NCBI GenBank assembly: GCA_963665385.1
Contig: OY762213.1
Coordinates: 786,913 to 850,912, forward strand
DNA length: 64,000 bases
Direction of reading: 5' to 3'
Origin: Dehalococcoidia bacterium
GTDB lineage: Bacteria > Chloroflexota > Dehalococcoidia > UBA6926
In this document: one piece after another, positions 59,591-64,000 of the stretch
Layout of the letters: each line of letters opens with the position of its first letter
Numbering within the stretch: position 1 is the stretch's first letter
The notes under the pieces: generated by a model
Database searches by the model: none
What the model was told of the DNA's origin: nothing
The model's input: only the letters and a program-made list of their open reading frames with translations
Program-made: the position numbers and the translations under genes

Positions 59591-59923
59591 CTACGGCGTG
59601 GAGCCGGTTATAACCATGTTGACGGCGCGCGAGAACTTGCGCCATTCCACTCGCCGTTGCTCCAGACGCTGGAGACCGGGATTGGAAATGGCGTAGTAGC
59701 GTCTGTATTGTCCGCCCGGGGAGGTGCGCCACAGCCCCTCAATGAGGCCGTCGCGCTCCAGGCGGTGGAGAGCGGGATACAGCGTGCCCTCCTTCATGGA
59801 GAAATATCCCCCGGAGCGGTGTTCCACCTCCCTGAGGATTTCATAGCCATACATCGGTCGTTCGCTCAGCAGCGCCAGGAACAGGGAATCCGTGCTTCCC
59901 TTCAGGAGCTCGCGCTCGCTCAT
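59591..59923 (-). CDS. PadR-family transcriptional regulator
   Basis: LLKGS, MYGYEI, EGTLYPALHRLE, RRYY. Confidence 0.93.
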   Translation of the reverse strand: MSERELLKGSTDSLFLALLSERPMYGYEILREVEHRSGGYFSMKEGTLYPALHRLERDGLIEGLWRTSPGGQYRRYYAISNPGLQRLEQRRVEWRKFSRAVNMVITGSTP

Positions 59924-60052
59924 ACCACACCCCCCGGCATCATCTACCCCGCATTTGATGCCATTCGGTTGACCTGCGGCGATAGGCATCGCCGTTCTTC
60001 GCAACTACCGTCAATTCTACCACCTGCGACAGAAAGTGGCGGTGACGGGCGG

Positions 60053-61372
60053 TTACTTCGAACCGCCACTCGGGGCAGGTACGGGAGTGGGAGCTTGCAG
60101 GCTCGCCGCGAATCCTGCGGTCATCACACGGCGGAGCTTGGTGACAACGGTCAATGCAATGAATAGAACAACAAAGAATGCCAATCCGGAAACGATGAGA
60201 ACGGGAACCGATCCCACGATGTCCGCAATGAATCCAAACACGGCATTCAGGATCGCCATCAGGCTGAGCGCGGACATGGCGAAGAGGCTCGAAACGCGGC
60301 CACGAATGGCGTCCGGCACAACGGTCTGTATGTACGTGATGGCCAGCGACATGAATGGCGCCTGGGTCAGTCCCATGATGAATGCGCCAAAGAGGCCCGA
60401 TGACTGTGACGGTGCAAAGCCCAGGATGAGAACACCGACTGCGCTGCCCGCCGAGGCGATAAGCAGCGCAATGCCCTTGCCCCGGTCGCTGCGGATTCCG
60501 GCGATGGTCATCACACCGATGATTGCCCCCGCCCCGAACGCCGCCAGGAAGTACGGGAGAGCAGTGTCTGCCGCCGCCCACTTCACCTTTCCGTGCAGAG
60601 GAAGAATCGATTCAAATCCCATCGTCAGGCCGCAGTGGAAGGCGACGAAGATGAGCATGAGGCCGACGGTCGGTGTTTTCCATGCGTACACCACGCCTGC
60701 CGTGAAGACGGTCCAGATCGAGTCTCCCTGCTGGATCGCTCCTGAAGACGCCGTGCGGATGGTCAGCACCATGATTGTTGCAACGGTGTAGCCGCCTGCC
60801 GCGAGCGCAAAGGCGATTCCTATGCTTGCGTCGCTGAACACGGCAAGGAGTCCCACGGCGGTGCCGCCAATGAGCCGCGCGCCCTGCAATGAGATGTTAT
60901 TCAAGGCGATTGCGTTTAGCAGGTCGTCCTTGCTCACCAGATTTGGCACCAGCGCGTTCTGCGTCGGCATCTGCACGCCGCGCGCGATACCGCTCAGTAA
61001 TGACACGACCGGCAGGTGCCAGAGCGCGATCGTATCCGTGAAATACAACTGCACAAGCAGAAGCGCCAGCAGCACATTCACCGCGTGTGCGATGGCGATG
61101 AGGTACCGTCTGTCAAACTTGTCCGCCAGTACGCCGCTGAACGGAGGAACGACAACGAACGGAATCAGGGCAGCGAATGTGGTGATCCCGACCCAGAGCG
61201 AAGACTCATCTGAGATATCGAAAGCAAGGACGCCGCGGGCGGCGATTAGACCCCAAACGCCTGCGCCGGCGAAAGTTGCAGATATCCAGAATCGACGGTA
61301 ATCGCTGTATTTGAGCGCCGCGCCGTAGCGACGGAAAAGTCCTATTTCCTGCGCCGTGGCGCTCTCAGTCAT
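60053..61372 (-). CDS. MFS transporter
   Basis: GVLADKFDRR, PTQNALVP, RGRVSS; about 12 TM segments. Confidence 0.92.
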   Translation of the reverse strand: MTESATAQEIGLFRRYGAALKYSDYRRFWISATFAGAGVWGLIAARGVLAFDISDESSLWVGITTFAALIPFVVVPPFSGVLADKFDRRYLIAIAHAVNVLLALLLVQLYFTDTIALWHLPVVSLLSGIARGVQMPTQNALVPNLVSKDDLLNAIALNNISLQGARLIGGTAVGLLAVFSDASIGIAFALAAGGYTVATIMVLTIRTASSGAIQQGDSIWTVFTAGVVYAWKTPTVGLMLIFVAFHCGLTMGFESILPLHGKVKWAAADTALPYFLAAFGAGAIIGVMTIAGIRSDRGKGIALLIASAGSAVGVLILGFAPSQSSGLFGAFIMGLTQAPFMSLAITYIQTVVPDAIRGRVSSLFAMSALSLMAILNAVFGFIADIVGSVPVLIVSGLAFFVVLFIALTVVTKLRRVMTAGFAASLQAPTPVPAPSGGSK

Positions 61373-61464
61373 TAGCTCTCCGATTCCTCCAGATACCGTT
61401 CTATAGTTGCCGCATCATAGCAACTTACGCCTATCTGTGCCAAACGATATCGCGTTCCTGACGG

Positions 61465-61716
61465 CTATATGGACGCAAAGATGCTGCGGATGACGAAGAG
61501 GATGATAATCGCCACCATTGGCGAAATGTCCATCATGCCCACCATCGGGATCACGGAGCGCAGGGGGGCGAGAATCGGCTCTGTCACATGGTAGACCATC
61601 GCAACCAGCGGATTCTCATTGCTGACGTTCGGAAACCACGACAGGATCGCCCGTGCAAATATGGCGATGGTCAATACAAGCGCGAGCGTCTCAATGAAGT
61701 TTGCAAGTAGTTCCAT
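61465..61716 (-). CDS. yggT: YggT-family membrane protein
   Basis: RAILSWF, TEPILAPLR..IP, DISP; follows proC. Confidence 0.92.
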   Translation of the reverse strand: MELLANFIETLALVLTIAIFARAILSWFPNVSNENPLVAMVYHVTEPILAPLRSVIPMVGMMDISPMVAIIILFVIRSIFASI

Positions 61717-61749
61717 CAGTCAAGAATAGCGGACGGTTGTGAGAGGCAG

Positions 61750-62553
61750 CTAGGACAGCTGCCGCGACTTTTGATAGGCGGCGATGACTGCCTGCGTGAC
61801 GGCCGCGCGGAGTCCCCCGTCCTCAAGCGCGGCGATGCCCTCCGCAGTTGTGCCGCCCGGAGACGTGACCATATTGCGGAGCGTTGCGGGATGGATGTTT
61901 GATTGGTCGGCCAACGCCGCGGAGCCAAGCAGGGTCTGCCGCGCTAGAAGTTCCGCCTGATCGCGCGGGAGGCCGATGTGGACGCCGGCATCTATGAGGG
62001 CCTCAAGGAACAGAAATACGTAACCCGGCCCGCTGCCGCTCAGCGCCGTCGCCATGTCGATGTAGTGCTCATCGTGGACTTCCAGTTCACGTCCCATCGC
62101 GCCAAGGATTCGGCGCGCCATGTCGCGTTGAGGGTGGGTCACGTCCGGCGTCGCAGTCCACACGCTCATGCCATGGCCGATCTGCGCGGGAGTGTTGGGC
62201 ATGACGCGAACAATCTGCTCGCAGCCCGTCAGTTCCCGCAGCTTGTCGATGCGCACGCCGGCGGCGATGGAAAGGTAAGGCCCCGGGACCACATTCCCCC
62301 TCTTGAGAGTGGAGAGAACGTCGATGTGCTGGGGCTTGAGCGCGATTACGGCAAACCCGTTGGAGACTATCTTGGCCGCGTCATAGTTGTCGGCGACCAC
62401 GTGGACGCCATGTTTCTGCGCCAGGTAATCGCGGCGCTCGCCGTCGATCTCGCCGACAGTGATGTCCGTGGGCGCGGCAACGTCGTTCCGGATGATGGCC
62501 GTTATCATGGCTTCCGCCATGACGCCGCCTCCGATGAATGCAATCTGGGGCAC
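61750..62553 (-). CDS. proC: Pyrroline-5-carboxylate reductase
   Basis: FIGGGVMA, KPQ, SIAAG, RVMPNTP, SGSGPGY, VTSPGGTT; GGAGG before GTG at 62553. Confidence 0.96.
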   Translation of the reverse strand: MPQIAFIGGGVMAEAMITAIIRNDVAAPTDITVGEIDGERRDYLAQKHGVHVVADNYDAAKIVSNGFAVIALKPQHIDVLSTLKRGNVVPGPYLSIAAGVRIDKLRELTGCEQIVRVMPNTPAQIGHGMSVWTATPDVTHPQRDMARRILGAMGRELEVHDEHYIDMATALSGSGPGYVFLFLEALIDAGVHIGLPRDQAELLARQTLLGSAALADQSNIHPATLRNMVTSPGGTTAEGIAALEDGGLRAAVTQAVIAAYQKSRQLS

Positions 62554-62717
62554 TGTGCGCTTGACCTCCGTCACTAGAGTATATCCGCATGTCCAATCCA
62601 ATCCGATTGGTACTGTGCCGGGAATGACGAAGGGTGGGTAGCGTCACGTATACTGAATGAGCGTCCGTCAACCATCGCGGTCACATATCCCGCGTGCCCG
62701 GGCGCAATCCATAGCGC

Positions 62718-62793
62718 TCCGCGGTAGCTCAGTCGGTAGAGCGGTCGGCTGTTAACCGATTGGTCGTAGGTTCGAGTCCTACCCGCGGAGCCA
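62718..62793 (+). tRNA. tRNA-Asn(GTT)
   Basis: 76-nt cloverleaf, anticodon arm GTCGG-CTGTTAA-CCGAT, GGTTCGAGTCC, encoded CCA. Confidence 0.97.
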
Positions 62794-62815
62794 TTTCATC
62801 AAGGAGAAATTCAGG

Positions 62816-64000
62816 ATGACAACTGCTTATCGTGAACTCGGCAGGTCGACTGCGCGCAAGGACGGACCGGAAAAGGTGACCGGCGGCGCAGAGTACACGG
62901 TGGACGTAACTCTACCGGGGATGCTGTGGGGCAGGGCGCTCCGCAGCCCGTACCCACACGCCCGTATCGTCAGCATTGACACCGCGCAGGCGGAGGCCCT
63001 CCCCGGTGTTCACGCCGTCCTGACCGGAGACCATGACCTGATCAAGGGAGTGCGGATCGGCCGACGACTCTATGACGTGCCTGTCCTCGCACAGGGAACA
63101 GCGCTCTTCATCGGCGACAAGGTGGCGGCTGTCGCGGCCGAAACCAAAGACCTGGCGGACGCTGCTCTCGATCTGATCGAGGTCGAATACGAGGAGCTGC
63201 CGGTGGTGGCGGACGTGCGCACGGCGCGGGCCGATGACGCCCCCGTCCTGCATCCGGATCTGAATTCCTACGAAGGCCTGCCCGCACAGGTTGAGGGACG
63301 GCATCTGAATCTCTTTTCCCACCAGTCGTGGGACAAGGGCGACATCGAGGCCGGCTTCGCGGAGGCGGACGTCATCGTTGAGGCGGACTATTCGCTCTCC
63401 AAGGGACACCAGGCCTATCTTGAATCGCACAACTGCGTCGTCAAAGCCGAGCCGGATGGTCGCGCGGAGATCTGGGCCAGCAACAAGGCGCCGTTCAACA
63501 TGCGAGCGCAGATGTCGCAGGCATACGGCATCCCCGCCGACTCCATGAAGGTCAATCCGACCTACATCGGCGGTGACTTTGGCGGCAAGGGCAGCTCCAT
63601 GGACGTTCCGCTGGCCTACGCGCTTTCCAGGGCCGCGGGCGGGCGTCCGGTCAAGATCGTGATGGACTACACGGAAGAACTGCAGGCGGCCAATCCGCGT
63701 CATGGCGGCGAAGTCAGGATTCGCGCAGGCGTCAAGCGTGACGGCACGCTGGTTGCGTGGCACGCGGAGGCGTTCTGGAACAGCGGGGCATACGGCGGAT
63801 TCAAGCCGGTGCCCACTGCGAACCTCGTCGGCGCGCAGCACCTGGCGGGCGGGCCGTACCGCATCCCCCACGTCCGCATCGATTCCTGGCAGGTCTACAC
63901 AAATTCTGTGCCCGGCGGCCACTACCGCGCGCCGGGCGAACCGCAATCCATCTTCGCCGCAGAATCGCACATGGACTCACTCGCCCGCGCCATCGGCATG
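62816..64000 (+). CDS. Xanthine dehydrogenase-family molybdopterin-binding subunit (partial, runs off the window)
   Basis: AAGGAG RBS; hand translation gives KVTG.AEY, LRSPYPHARI, HQAYLE, IGGDFGGKG, SGAYG, GHYRAPGEPQ. Absent from the ORF track because there is no stop in the window. Confidence 0.92.
   Translation, partial: MTTAYRELGRSTARKDGPEKVTGGAEYTVDVTLPGMLWGRALRSPYPHARIVSIDTAQAEALPGVHAVLTGDHDLIKGVRIGRRLYDVPVLAQGTALFIGDKVAAVAAETKDLADAALDLIEVEYEELPVVADVRTARADDAPVLHPDLNSYEGLPAQVEGRHLNLFSHQSWDKGDIEAGFAEADVIVEADYSLSKGHQAYLESHNCVVKAEPDGRAEIWASNKAPFNMRAQMSQAYGIPADSMKVNPTYIGGDFGGKGSSMDVPLAYALSRAAGGRPVKIVMDYTEELQAANPRHGGEVRIRAGVKRDGTLVAWHAEAFWNSGAYGGFKPVPTANLVGAQHLAGGPYRIPHVRIDSWQVYTNSVPGGHYRAPGEPQSIFAAESHMDSLARAIGM

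Overview
GC-rich bacterial chromosomal segment, mostly housekeeping genes. The PurN type, the EF-P loop and the divergent PlsY suggest Chloroflexota (Dehalococcoidia/SAR202-like); this is inference, not a database result. Core content: aspS-tig-clpP-clpX; xerC-topA-dprA; aroQ-M24 peptidase-efp; two tRNA-Ser; mnmA; rnhB; rsfS/ndk; MarR-MFS-MFS; tsaE-tsaB; recN; a complete sulfate-assimilation plus siroheme operon (cysH-cysC-sat-sir-hemD-cysG-like-cobA/hemD-hemC); smpB-ssrA; nrdR-nrdJ; pepA; proC-yggT; tRNA-Asn; and a molybdo-hydroxylase large subunit running off the right end. No CRISPR array, prophage or transposase is seen, but several REP-like palindrome families occur. Three observations stand out. 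(1) An unannotated 36-codon Cys-Ser-Cys-Tyr-Met leader peptide with promoter, competing helices and an intrinsic terminator lies in front of the cys operon, a candidate cysteine-sensing ribosome-dependent attenuator. (2) A five-gene RibA-RibD/dehydrogenase/PTPS-like/glycosyltransferase/methyltransferase operon appears to make an unknown GTP-derived metabolite. (3) A secreted, extremely acidic Asp/Thr tandem-repeat protein overlaps an APH-fold kinase gene.
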